Positions 20,399-29,537 are shown, counted from the stretch's first letter. The stretch is DNA of 64,000 nt from an uncultured Actinomycetota bacterium (GCA_963740115.1 CAVUCQ010000001.1:245098-309097), one strand, 5' to 3'. Made by a program: numbers and translations. Notes: a model not told the origin generated them from the letters alone.

Positions 20399-21286
20399 TC
20401 AGGAGTCCGTCACGACCTCGAAGCGGGGCACCGGGTTGTCCCGCAGAGCACCGCACGTGAGCCGCTGGCCGGGGTCGAGAACCCGCCGTACGTCGACGGT
20501 GACGCTGCGCCCGCCGGCCTCGAGGGTGACCGAGGTCAGGTCGCCGACCGTGCGGGCCGCGGTCGGACGCACGTCGTCCACCCGGGACAGCCCGAGCCGA
20601 CGCCGCACCCCGATCTCGGCAGCCTGGACGGGCATCGACAGGTCCGAGCGACCCCGGAGGTGGTCCAGCGCCACCCGCCCGTCCGCTGCGGCGTCGGCGA
20701 CGTGGAGCGCCGTGTCCTCGTCGACGCGGCCGTAGTAGAGGCCGCGCGGCAGGACCAGCACGTTGCCCGCGAACCGGTCGCCCCCGATGTGCGAGCACTC
20801 CCACACGGCCTCGGCGTGCCGGCTCGCGGCGAGCGCCAGGGCGACCGGCCTGCCGCGCTCGGCACAGCAGGCGTCGTGCCGGCCGTGCGTGCACACCGCG
20901 ACGATCGGGCCCTCCTGTGGCTCCAGGCCCGGTGATCGACCGGAGCCCAGGGCCTGGAGGTCGATCCCGCGGACGTCGTCGACGTCGTCGAGCCAGGCGG
21001 TCTCGAGCCAGGAGTCGGCGCCGGCCGCGTAGGACGCGAAGACACGCAGCCGACCACCTTCGGCCGTCCGGCCGGGGCGCCGGACCAGCAGGACCCGTAC
21101 GCCCGCGCGGCGGCCGTCGCGCGCCAGGTGGTCGCCCAGGCCGTCGGGCAGTCGTGCGTCGCGCAGCGCGTCGACGCCCCACGAGCCGGCGTGCTCGACG
21201 AGGAGGAAGCTGCGCACGGTCGAGGCGGTGCCCGCGAGGTCGTCCTCCCGGGCATCGCTGGCGGCGGCGCACCGGAACGGTGTCAT
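20399..21286 (-). CDS. sucrase/ferredoxin-like (Apd1/Aim32-type thioredoxin-like [2Fe-2S]) protein, HxGGD variant
   Basis: The ATG at 21286 overlaps the upstream stop (ATGA). Motifs: VCTHGRHDACC (C-x8-C) and SHIGGDRFAGN. Confidence 0.85.
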   Translation of the reverse strand: MTPFRCAAASDAREDDLAGTASTVRSFLLVEHAGSWGVDALRDARLPDGLGDHLARDGRRAGVRVLLVRRPGRTAEGGRLRVFASYAAGADSWLETAWLDDVDDVRGIDLQALGSGRSPGLEPQEGPIVAVCTHGRHDACCAERGRPVALALAASRHAEAVWECSHIGGDRFAGNVLVLPRGLYYGRVDEDTALHVADAAADGRVALDHLRGRSDLSMPVQAAEIGVRRRLGLSRVDDVRPTAARTVGDLTSVTLEAGGRSVTVDVRRVLDPGQRLTCGALRDNPVPRFEVVTDS

Positions 21287-22368
21287 CGCACGACCTCGAG
21301 CAGGCCCTCCCGCACCAGCCGTCGGCACAGCACGAGCGCGCTCGCGGGATCGAGGGGCAGGTCGGCCGGGGTCAGCTCGGCCCGGGCTGCGACCACGTCG
21401 ACCGCAGCCCGGATGCGGGCGGGGACCCGGAGCACGCGGTCGCCGATCAGCACCCGCACGACGTCGTCGCCCGGCGTCGCCACGACCTCGCACGGGTGGC
21501 CGGGCCTCCGCCGCAGCAGGGTGTCGTCGGCCAGTCCTCGGGCCAGCGCCTCGCGGTCGAGCAGCGCGCCGGCCATCCGCGGCGGGCGCTCGCTGAGGAA
21601 TCGGACGACCTGGTCCTGTGCCGCCGCGGGGGCGTCGAGGCGTCGTACGGCATCCGCCACGGCGGCCAGGTGCTCACCGAGCCCATCGGCCAACCGATCG
21701 GGGTCGCTGAGGTAGCCGGCCGGGACGTGGTCGTCGGCGACGTCCTCGAGCGCCGCGCCCACGAGCCTCGAGACGAGCTGTCGCCAGGTGATCTGGTTGA
21801 TGCCGATGGTGAGGTGCAGCGACACGGCCTCCTGCGCTCGGGCAGCGTGGGGCGTGCCGGTCGGCAGGTAGGCGACGACGCCGGGCTCGAGGAGGAGCTC
21901 GCCGGGGCCGCCCTCGCCGTGGATCTCCCACAGCTTGGTGCCGTGGGTCTGCAGCACGAAGACGTCGTGGGAGTCGGAGTGCACCGCGAAGCCCCGCGCG
22001 CCGGGCGGGGTCAGGTAGGCGTTGGCCTGGCACGGGTGGCCCAGCTCGAGCTCGAGGCCGGCGACCAGCTCCGCGACGGGGCTCCAGTAGCGCTGGAGGC
22101 CCTGCAGCACGATGGTGGCGCCCTCGTCGTGCAGGCGCATCAGCTTCACCGGGTCGACCAGCCCGGTCAGCGGCTTGCCGGCCAGGCTGCCGCCGCGGGT
22201 GAAGGTCGACTCCGGCAGCACCGAGCCGTCGCGCGCGACGCGCACGGCGGGCGTACGGATGGCGGTCTCGGTCAGCAGGTGGTCGACGTCGGCGAGCGAG
22301 AGGATGCTCGCTCCCAGCCCGGGATCGGTGCGGTGGACGTGGACCGACGACGCCCAGACCTTCTCCAC
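21283..22368 (-). CDS. JmjC / cupin-4 family Fe(II)/2-oxoglutarate oxygenase-like protein
   Basis: 361 aa. Motifs: ...NAYLTPPGARGFAVHSDSHDVFVLQTHGTKLW... (HxD) and ...YLPTGTPHAARA (distal His). Confidence 0.85.
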   Translation of the reverse strand: MEKVWASSVHVHRTDPGLGASILSLADVDHLLTETAIRTPAVRVARDGSVLPESTFTRGGSLAGKPLTGLVDPVKLMRLHDEGATIVLQGLQRYWSPVAELVAGLELELGHPCQANAYLTPPGARGFAVHSDSHDVFVLQTHGTKLWEIHGEGGPGELLLEPGVVAYLPTGTPHAARAQEAVSLHLTIGINQITWRQLVSRLVGAALEDVADDHVPAGYLSDPDRLADGLGEHLAAVADAVRRLDAPAAAQDQVVRFLSERPPRMAGALLDREALARGLADDTLLRRRPGHPCEVVATPGDDVVRVLIGDRVLRVPARIRAAVDVVAARAELTPADLPLDPASALVLCRRLVREGLLEVVR

Positions 22369-22406
22369 GAAGGTCTGGGCGTCACCGGTGAGTCGGTCGA
22401 GTGCGC

Positions 22407-22628
22407 TCAGAGCGCGGACCCGTCCGTGCCGTCGGCGTCGGTGGAGCCACCGTCGGTGCCGTCGGCGTCGCTGGAGTCACCGTCCGACGCGTCGGTCGAG
22501 TCCCCGTCGCTGGAGTCGGCGTCGGTGCCGTCGGCGTCGGTGCCCGGACCGGCGGCGACGCCCGTGGGGTCGGTGCCCTCGGTGCTCATCTCGTCGTCGT
22601 TCAGCGGGTTGTCAGGAGTCGTCGTCAT
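22407..22628 (-). CDS. 73-aa highly acidic Asp/Gly/Thr/Ser repeat peptide
   Basis: An AGGAGG RBS lies 5 nt upstream of the ATG at 22628. Translation: MTTTPDNPLNDDEMSTEGTDPTGVAAGPGTDADGTDADSSDGDSTDASDGDSSDADGTDGGSTDADGTDGSAL. There is no K, R, H or C. The DNA contains three copies of gtgccgtcggcgtcg. Confidence 0.6.
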   Translation of the reverse strand: MTTTPDNPLNDDEMSTEGTDPTGVAAGPGTDADGTDADSSDGDSTDASDGDSSDADGTDGGSTDADGTDGSAL

Positions 22629-22752
22629 GGATCCTCCTACTCAGGGCCCGGCGGGAAGTCCGTCGGCGCACCGCCAGTCTGGTTCCGGCGTCACCCAACG
22701 TCCCACACCCCTCGGGGCGGGGGAAGGCCTCGTCCGTGAGCGCCGTGGCCGC

Positions 22753-23517
22753 TCAGTGGGTGCTGATCGTGTAGCGCGTCGTGCCCTTGACCTTGGCGTC
22801 GCCGCAGGACTGCCTCCGCGACGGCCCGGCCGTCGCCACGACCTCGTCGTCGGGACCGCCGCCCGCCAGCACGTGGAGCTCCCGCACCTGCTCGACGCCG
22901 GGGCGACCGGCCCGACCCCGCGCCCACTCGACCGGGACCTCGCCGCGCTCGACGGCCCGGCACGCGGCGAGGGCGGTGGAGGTGTCCAGGCGACCGAGCG
23001 TGAGCCCGCTGGGCAGCGCGAGCAGGGTGCCGGAGAAGCGGTGCCCACCCAGGTGCGTCGTCTCCCACGTGCCCTCCGGCCACTCCCGGCTGAGCAGCCC
23101 GGCGATCGGTCGTCCCAGCTCGGCACAGCACCGGTCGCGCTTGCCGTTGGTGCAGACCAGCCACAGCGGGCCGTCGTACGCCGGCATGCCGGGGAGGTCG
23201 ACGTCGAGGAGGTCCTCGGGTCGGTCGAGCACCGTGCCGCGCACGTCGTAGCCGTCCTCGGTGGCGCGCGCCAGGAAGACCCGCGTGCCCGGCCCGGCGC
23301 TGCCGTCGTACCGGCGCAGCAGGAAGACCTTGAGGTCGAGGCGGCCCAGGTGCTCGCGGACGACCTCGGGCAGCCGGTTGTCGGTGACCGCGTCGCGGCC
23401 CCACGGCCCCGGGCTCTCCACCAGGAGGATCTCGGCGTCCTCCGGCGCGGTGCCGGCGATGGGTTCGTCGTCCTCGACGCTGGCGTAGGAGCACCGGAAG
23501 TCAGCGAGGTCAGGCAT
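22753..23517 (-). CDS. sucrase/ferredoxin-like (Apd1/Aim32-type thioredoxin-like [2Fe-2S]) protein, HxGGH form
   Basis: 254 aa. Motifs: VCTNGKRDRCC (C-x8-C) and THLGGHRFSGT (HxGGH). Confidence 0.85.
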   Translation of the reverse strand: MPDLADFRCSYASVEDDEPIAGTAPEDAEILLVESPGPWGRDAVTDNRLPEVVREHLGRLDLKVFLLRRYDGSAGPGTRVFLARATEDGYDVRGTVLDRPEDLLDVDLPGMPAYDGPLWLVCTNGKRDRCCAELGRPIAGLLSREWPEGTWETTHLGGHRFSGTLLALPSGLTLGRLDTSTALAACRAVERGEVPVEWARGRAGRPGVEQVRELHVLAGGGPDDEVVATAGPSRRQSCGDAKVKGTTRYTISTH

Positions 23518-23610
23518 GGGGAGCAGTCTGACCGACGGGTGTCAACGACTGGTCATCAGGTTTATTCACGTCAGCGGGCCGCGAGGCGCGCGCCGGCGAC
23601 GCCAGCGCGA

Positions 23611-23669
23611 TAGTCCGCTGCGATTGACCGCCTGATGGGCCCGTGCGACCGGCTTTTCGCAGCGGACTA
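23611..23669. repeat. 59-nt hairpin element, copy 1 (12-bp stem TAGTCCGCTGCG / CGCAGCGGACTA, 35-nt loop)
   Basis: The arms are at 23611-23622 and 23658-23669. The loop ends ...GACCGGCtttt. It lies in the intergenic gap between the LAL regulator stop and the next gene start. Confidence 0.75.
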
Positions 23670-23714
23670 CACATGACCACGAGCAGGCCGATGGGAACGA
23701 CGCCGGGACGGTGC

Positions 23715-26690
23715 TCACAGCAGGCCGCGGCGCCGCGCGACCGCGGCCGCCTCGGTGCGGGAGGCGGCGTCGAGCTTGGCCAGGATGTTGGAGACGTGCA
23801 CCGAGACGGTCTTGGTGCTGATGAAGAGCTGCTTGCCGATCTCGCCGTTGCTGCGCCCTTCCGCCACGAGCGCGAGGATCTCCGCCTCGCGGGGGGTCAG
23901 CACGGCCGCCTCGGCCGCTGTCGCCGGAGCCGGGGCGGACCCGGCGGCGATGAGCTCGGCGAGCATGGCGGTGGAGCGCATGGCGTGCGCCGCCTCCCGG
24001 GCGAGGTCGCCGACCTCGCGGGCACCCTGGGCGTCGCCCGCCGCGCGGAGCACGCCCGCGAGGCGGACGCGGGCCTGCGCCACCTCGGGCACGCTGCCGT
24101 AGGCGACCGCCGCCTCCTCGGCCGCCCGCCACGCGGCGACCAGCTCGTCGCTGGTCGGGGGGTCGACCTGGGCGAGCCAGCGCCAGCGGAGGTGCTCGGC
24201 GCTGCGGCGCGCGACCCACATGCGGTACTCGGGACCGTGGCTGCCGTCGTAGGGGGCGTAGAAGTCGATGACCCGACCGCCGTCGGACATCATCCGGTCG
24301 ACGTCGGCGCGGGCTGCGTCCCGCTCGTCGGCGGACTGGTGCGCCGCCGCGTTGGCGAAGGCGCCCACCACCAGGGTGGCGAGGCGCAGCCGGGCCTGGA
24401 ACCAGTCGTGCCACAGCGGCACGACGGTGGCGACCACCTCGTCGTAGACCGCGACGGCGCCGGCCGCGTCGCCACGGGCGGCCGCACGCATCAGCTCGGC
24501 GCTGGCGGCCGAGATCGCGGTCAGGCCGTCGGTGCTCCAGTAGTCACGGAGCCGGTCGAGCGCCTTGCCGTGCTCGTCGCCGCGGATGCCGATGCAGATG
24601 AGCATCTGGTGCGCGAAGTAGAGCCACTCGAAGACCATCGGCGGGTTCTGGCCGCTGACGTCGAGCAGCTCCCACGCCTCGTCGAGCCGCCCCTGGTGGG
24701 TGAGCGCGACGGCGAGCAGGAGCCGCGACTCGGCGGGGTAGGGCGACCACGTCAGGCCGCCGACCTCGCTGCGCGCGATCACCTCGCGGTAGACCTCGAC
24801 CGCGCGGTCGAGGTCGCCCTCGTCGTGGTGCAGCCGGCCGAGCAGGTAGAGCGCGCGCAGCTCGGGCTCGATGAGCCCGGCCCGGCGGGCACGCTCGGCC
24901 GCCGCGCGCCAGCCCGCGCTGGGGCTGGAGCTGCCGTCGGGGTCGAGGCCGGCGACCGTGGCGTGCAGCTCGACGGCCAGGCTGGTGAGGTCGTTGCGCT
25001 CGGCGAGCTCGAGCGCCTGCACGGCGATGGCCCGGGCCTCGTCGGCGTGCCAGCCGCCGAGGCTCTGTGCGTGCACGAGCAGCGCGCGGGCCAACAGCTT
25101 GGGCGGGGCGCCGCGCAGCAGCTCGACCGCCTCGGCCGCGGTCTTACGCGGCGACTCGGTGGTGTCGGTCAGCAGCAGCGCCGAGGCGAGCGCCGTCAGC
25201 AGCTGCCCCCGCTCGATCTCGGCTCCCTCGGTGGGGAGCGTCGCGAGGCGGGCCCGCAGCACCTTGACCGCCTTGGGCACCCGGCCGGAGGCGACCAGCG
25301 CCTCGGCGCAGCGCCGGGCCAGGGCCTGGACGTCCACGCCGGTCACCGGCACCCGGGCGGTGTCGACGAGCTCGAGCGCGTCGAGGAAGTGGGTCGCGGC
25401 CTCCGACGGGCCACCCACGGCCATCGCCTCCTCGCCCGCCTCGATCGAGGCGCGAATGGCGACCGGACGGTCGTCGGCGCGACGGGCGTGCTGCGCGAGC
25501 TCGGCCGCGGTGCCGACGGCGCGGCCCTCCCCCAACGCGGCGACGAAGTCGGCGTGGAGGCGCATGCGCTCGCCGGGCAGCAGGTCGTCGTAGACGGCCT
25601 CGCCGAGCAGCGCGTGCCGGAAGGCGTAGGTGCCGCCGCGCGAGGCGACGAGGACGTGTGACTCGACGGCGTTGCGGAGGGCCGCCTCGAGCTCGGTGGC
25701 GTCGAGGTCGGAGACCGCGGCGAGGAGCCCGTGGCTGACCTGACGACCGGCCACGGAGACGATGCGGACCACCTTGCGGGTGGTCTCGTCTAGCCGGTCG
25801 AGGTGGACGAGCAGGACGTCGGCGAGCTCGCCCGGCACCTGCCCGGACCACGCCGCACCGACGAGCTCCTCGATGAAGAACGGGTTGCCCTCGGCGCGGT
25901 CGATGATGGAGGCGTACTCCGCCTCGGACATGGTCGAGGGGTGCAGCGCCTTCACGAGGGTGCGTACGTCGTCGTCGGCGAGCGGCTCGAGCTGGAGCCG
26001 GTCGATGCCGCGCAGCCGCATCCACTCCGCGACCTGGCGGCGGAGCGGGTGTCGGCGGTGGAGGTCGTCGGCGCGGTAGGAGACGACCAGCGAGACGCCC
26101 GGGACCGGGCGGGAGAACAGGAAGCTGAGCATGTCGCGCGTGGACTCGTCGGCCCAGTGGGCGTCCTCGACGATCACGAGGAGCGGCGCCTGCGCGGCGA
26201 CGGCGGAGAGGAGGTCGCCGAAGGCGTCGTAGACGTTGCCGCGGTCGAGGGCCTGGTCGCCCGACGCGGTCTCGCTGCTGCGGATGCGCCGGCCCGGCTG
26301 GAGGCGGGCGAGCGTGGGGTGCTGCTCGAGGACGCGCGCGGCGACGTCGGGCTCGTCGGCCATCATGCGGCCGAGCACCTCGGAGAAGGGGAGGTAGGGC
26401 AGGGAGCTGTCGGCGAGGTCGAGGCAGTGGCCGGCGACGACCTGCCAGCCGGCATCGAGGGCGATGTCGCGCAGGGCCATCAACACCCGGGTCTTGCCGA
26501 CTCCCGCGTCGCCGGCGACGAGCATCGCGCGCACCGTCCGGTCGGCTCCGGACGTGCGAATGCCGAGCTGGGCGGTGAGTTGCTCCAGCTCGGCATCGCG
26601 TCCGATGAGATCGGTGGTCCGCAGGGCCGGCACGGACGACATTGTGTCGTGCCGCTCCGACATCGGCGGGTCGATCGCGGTGCGGGTCAC
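23715..26690 (-). CDS. LAL-type (large ATP-binding LuxR family) transcriptional regulator
   Basis: 991 aa. N-terminal Walker A motif VAGDAGVGKTRVL, a long helical/TPR-like middle region, and a C-terminal LuxR HTH: LTPREAEILALVAEGRSNGEIGKQLFISTKTVSVHVSNILAKL. Confidence 0.9.
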   Translation of the reverse strand: MTRTAIDPPMSERHDTMSSVPALRTTDLIGRDAELEQLTAQLGIRTSGADRTVRAMLVAGDAGVGKTRVLMALRDIALDAGWQVVAGHCLDLADSSLPYLPFSEVLGRMMADEPDVAARVLEQHPTLARLQPGRRIRSSETASGDQALDRGNVYDAFGDLLSAVAAQAPLLVIVEDAHWADESTRDMLSFLFSRPVPGVSLVVSYRADDLHRRHPLRRQVAEWMRLRGIDRLQLEPLADDDVRTLVKALHPSTMSEAEYASIIDRAEGNPFFIEELVGAAWSGQVPGELADVLLVHLDRLDETTRKVVRIVSVAGRQVSHGLLAAVSDLDATELEAALRNAVESHVLVASRGGTYAFRHALLGEAVYDDLLPGERMRLHADFVAALGEGRAVGTAAELAQHARRADDRPVAIRASIEAGEEAMAVGGPSEAATHFLDALELVDTARVPVTGVDVQALARRCAEALVASGRVPKAVKVLRARLATLPTEGAEIERGQLLTALASALLLTDTTESPRKTAAEAVELLRGAPPKLLARALLVHAQSLGGWHADEARAIAVQALELAERNDLTSLAVELHATVAGLDPDGSSSPSAGWRAAAERARRAGLIEPELRALYLLGRLHHDEGDLDRAVEVYREVIARSEVGGLTWSPYPAESRLLLAVALTHQGRLDEAWELLDVSGQNPPMVFEWLYFAHQMLICIGIRGDEHGKALDRLRDYWSTDGLTAISAASAELMRAAARGDAAGAVAVYDEVVATVVPLWHDWFQARLRLATLVVGAFANAAAHQSADERDAARADVDRMMSDGGRVIDFYAPYDGSHGPEYRMWVARRSAEHLRWRWLAQVDPPTSDELVAAWRAAEEAAVAYGSVPEVAQARVRLAGVLRAAGDAQGAREVGDLAREAAHAMRSTAMLAELIAAGSAPAPATAAEAAVLTPREAEILALVAEGRSNGEIGKQLFISTKTVSVHVSNILAKLDAASRTEAAAVARRRGLL

Positions 26691-26803
26691 TTCTGGGTCT
26701 GGTCGGCGCGGACGCGGGTCCAGCGACGGACGCCGTAGTCCTTGCGGATCTTGTCCTGCCGGTAGGCGATCTCGGCACCCAGGAAGCTGTCGGTGTTGAA
26801 CAT
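26687..26803 (-). CDS. 38-codon upstream ORF translationally coupled to the LAL regulator
   Basis: A GAGGAGAAGG RBS lies 3 nt before the ATG at 26803. Translation: MFNTDSFLGAEIAYRQDKIRKDYGVRRWTRVRADQTQK. Its TGA overlaps the regulator's GTG (GTGA at 26687-26690). Confidence 0.45.
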   Translation of the reverse strand: MFNTDSFLGAEIAYRQDKIRKDYGVRRWTRVRADQTQK

Positions 26804-26901
26804 GTCCTTCTCCTCTGCTCCACGGCCCTTGTGGACCGTGAGTAGAGATTCCGTCCGTGAGGTAGGGCGGTACATCGGGCAGGTGCCCTATCTGTGCCCG
26901 G

Positions 26902-26956
26902 GCTGCTACCTCAGACGGGGCGCGCGGGGCGTACGACTGCCGTCTGAGGTAGCAGC
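26902..26956. repeat. perfect 17-bp stem hairpin (21-nt loop)
   Basis: GCTGCTACCTCAGACGG at 26902-26918 pairs with CCGTCTGAGGTAGCAGC at 26940-26956. It lies between the hutI stop and the uORF/LAL promoter region. No U-tract follows. Confidence 0.7.
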
Positions 26957-26975
26957 GGCGGCCACCTGAGTCCGG

Positions 26976-27034
26976 TAGTCCGCTGCGGAGAGCCGGTCCG
27001 CACGGCCGGGAGACCGGCCGTTCGCAGCGGACTA
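26976..27034. repeat. 59-nt hairpin element, copy 2 (same 12-bp stem, 35-nt loop)
   Basis: The arms are at 26976-26987 and 27023-27034, identical to copy 1. The loop shares GACCGGC at the same position and contains an inner hairpin, GCCGGTC...GACCGGC. Confidence 0.75.
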
Positions 27035-27045
27035 CCCCGGAAGGG

Positions 27046-28227
27046 TCACGGCGTGGCGCCGACGACCGGGCGGCCGCCCTGCCAGACCCCCGCGACGAGG
27101 GGTACGCCGGGGCGGTAGGCGAGGTGGACGTACGACGGCGCGTCGAGGAGGACCAGGTCGGCGACCTTGCCCGGAGCCACCACCCCGACGTCGTCGCGGT
27201 CGAGGGCCGCAGCGCCCATGGCCGTCGCGGCGTGCAGGGCCTCGGCGGGGCTCATCCGCATCTCACGGACCGCCAACGCGATGCACAGCGCCATCGAGGA
27301 GGTGAAGCAGGAGCCGGGGTTGCAGTCGCTCGCGAGCGCGACCCGGACGCCGGCGTCGAGGAGCCGCCGCGCGTCGGGATAGGGCTGGCGGGTGGAGAAC
27401 TCCACGCCCGGCAGCAGGGTCGCGATCGTGCCCGAGCCCGACAGCGCTGAGACGTCGTCGTCGGACAGGAAGGTGCAGTGGTCGACCGCGACCAGGCCGA
27501 GCTCGCAAGCCAGCCGCACGCCGCCGCCGTACGTCAGCTGGTTGGCGTGGAGCCGTCCGCGCAGGCCGCTGTCGGTGCCGGCGGCCAGGATGGTGCGCGC
27601 CTGGTCGACGTCGAAGGCGCCGTCCTCGCAGAACACGTCGATCCACCGGGCGTGCGGTGCGGCAGCCGCGAGCATGGGGCCGGTGACGAGGTCGACGTAG
27701 TCCTCGGGGGTGGTGCCGGCGGGGACGACGTGGGCACCGAGGAACGTGGTCTCGTCGGTGAACTGGGCCGCCACCGCGAGGCTGCGGGCCTCGTCGTGCA
27801 CCGACAACCCGTAGCCGCTCTTGATCTCGACGGTGGTGGTGCCCTGGGCGCGCATCTCGGCGACGAGCCGGGCGACGTGGGAGAGCAGCTGCTCGTCGGT
27901 CGCGGCGCGCGTCCGGGCGACGGTGGAGCGGATGCCCCCGGCGGTGTAGGGCTCGCCGGTCATCCGGGCCTCGAACTCCGCTGACCGGTCGCCCGCGAAG
28001 ACGAGGTGGCTGTGGGAGTCGACGAACCCGGGGATCACGGCGCGGCCACCGGCATCGACGTACGCGTCGGCGGCGGGTGCGTCGGCAGCGGCGCCCACCC
28101 AGGCGATCCGGCCGCCGTCCACCACGACCGCCGCGTCGGCGACGAGGCCGAGGAGACCGCCCTCCTCGGCGCGGGCTGGGTCGTTGGTGACCAGCTCGCC
28201 GATGCCGGTGATCAGGGTCGTGCTCAT
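27046..28227 (-). CDS. hutI: imidazolonepropionase
   Basis: The ATG at 28227 gives [17 protein letters not shown]...[19 protein letters not shown]...[13 protein letters not shown].... Confidence 0.9.
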   Translation of the reverse strand: MSTTLITGIGELVTNDPARAEEGGLLGLVADAAVVVDGGRIAWVGAAADAPAADAYVDAGGRAVIPGFVDSHSHLVFAGDRSAEFEARMTGEPYTAGGIRSTVARTRAATDEQLLSHVARLVAEMRAQGTTTVEIKSGYGLSVHDEARSLAVAAQFTDETTFLGAHVVPAGTTPEDYVDLVTGPMLAAAAPHARWIDVFCEDGAFDVDQARTILAAGTDSGLRGRLHANQLTYGGGVRLACELGLVAVDHCTFLSDDDVSALSGSGTIATLLPGVEFSTRQPYPDARRLLDAGVRVALASDCNPGSCFTSSMALCIALAVREMRMSPAEALHAATAMGAAALDRDDVGVVAPGKVADLVLLDAPSYVHLAYRPGVPLVAGVWQGGRPVVGATP

Positions 28228-29537
28228 CGGTCGTCCCCCCAGACGCGGGTGATCGCGGCCTCCAGCTCGAGGCCGATGTCGTAGCGCTGCCCCTCCTCCA
28301 CGACCCACCCGCCGTCGACCATCACCCGCTGGACGTCCTCGGCGCAGGCCGCGAAGACGACGGTGCCCTCGTCGCGGCCGGCTCCGGCGGTCCTGGGGCT
28401 CGCGGGGTCCACGACGACGAGGTCCGCGCGCTGGCCCACCGCGATCGCCCCGGCATCGTCCCAGCCGAGCGAGGCGTGGCCGTCGGTGGTCGCCGCGGTG
28501 AGCAGCTCCGCTGCGCTCCAGTGTCCGCGCTGCTGGGTGGCCAGCCGTTCGTCGAGCTCGACGGCGCGCATCTCCTCGAACAGGTCGATCACGGCGTGGC
28601 TGTCGCTGCCCAGCGTGAGCCTGGCCCCTGCGTCGTGGAGCCGCCGCGACGGACCGATGCCGTCGCCGAGGTCGCGCTCGGTGGTCGGGCAGAAGGCCGC
28701 GAACGCCCCGGCTCCTCCGATCAGCGCGATGTCGTCGTCGGTGAGGTGGGTGGCGTGGACCAGGGTCGTCGTGGGCCGCACCAGGCCGTGGTCGGCGAGC
28801 AGGCGAGCGGGCGTGACGCCGTACGCCTCGACGCAGGCCCGGTTCTCGGCCACCTGCTCGGACACGTGCACGTGGAAGGGGCGCTCACCGAGCCACGAAG
28901 CGACCCCGTCGAGCTCGGACGCCGGCACGGCCCGGACCGAGTGGACCGCCGCGCCGGTCAGGGCGTGCGCCCCGCCGTCGAGTGCCTCGACACGCGTCGC
29001 CCACTCCCCGACGGAGCCGTCGACGTAGCGCACCTGCGCTCCCTGTGGGGCGACGCCGAAGCCGGAGGAGAGGTAGAGGGTGTCGAGCAACGTGATGCGG
29101 ATCCCGGCCCGACGGGCCGCCTCGGCCAGCACGAGGCCCATCTCGTTGGGGTCGTCGTAGGTCGAGCCGTCCGGCCGGCGGTGGACGTAGTGGAACTCGC
29201 CGACGCAGGTGATCCCGGCCGCGGCCATCTCGCGGAAGGTCGCGCTCGCGAGCGCGAGGTAGGTGTCGGGGTCGAGGCGGGCGGCGACGGCGTACATCTG
29301 GTCGCGCCAGGTCCAGAACGTCCCCCGCTCGCGCTGCGTGCGACCGCGCAGCGCGCGGTGGAAGGCGTGGCTGTGCGTGTCGGCCAGGCCCGGCACGACG
29401 AGGCCGCGCACGGGGATCGCGCGGGGCGGGTCGGAGCCGGGCATGACCGACGTGAACCGGCCGTCCTCCACCTCGACGAGCACGTCGTCGTGGAAGCGGT
29501 CGCCCAACCATGCCCGCTCCAGCAGGTACGCCGTCAC
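28224..29537 (-). CDS. hutF: formimidoylglutamate deiminase
   Basis: The GTG at 29537 gives [28 protein letters not shown]...[18 protein letters not shown]..., an amidohydrolase-fold protein. GTGA/ATGA overlaps occur on both sides. Confidence 0.85.
   Translation of the reverse strand: MTAYLLERAWLGDRFHDDVLVEVEDGRFTSVMPGSDPPRAIPVRGLVVPGLADTHSHAFHRALRGRTQRERGTFWTWRDQMYAVAARLDPDTYLALASATFREMAAAGITCVGEFHYVHRRPDGSTYDDPNEMGLVLAEAARRAGIRITLLDTLYLSSGFGVAPQGAQVRYVDGSVGEWATRVEALDGGAHALTGAAVHSVRAVPASELDGVASWLGERPFHVHVSEQVAENRACVEAYGVTPARLLADHGLVRPTTTLVHATHLTDDDIALIGGAGAFAAFCPTTERDLGDGIGPSRRLHDAGARLTLGSDSHAVIDLFEEMRAVELDERLATQQRGHWSAAELLTAATTDGHASLGWDDAGAIAVGQRADLVVVDPASPRTAGAGRDEGTVVFAACAEDVQRVMVDGGWVVEEGQRYDIGLELEAAITRVWGDDR

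Noticed and set aside
20917-23613. 898-aa plus-strand ORF spanning the JmjC/ferredoxin-like cluster
   Set aside because: It is the antisense shadow of four well-supported minus-strand genes, with an Arg/Gly/Pro-rich translation.
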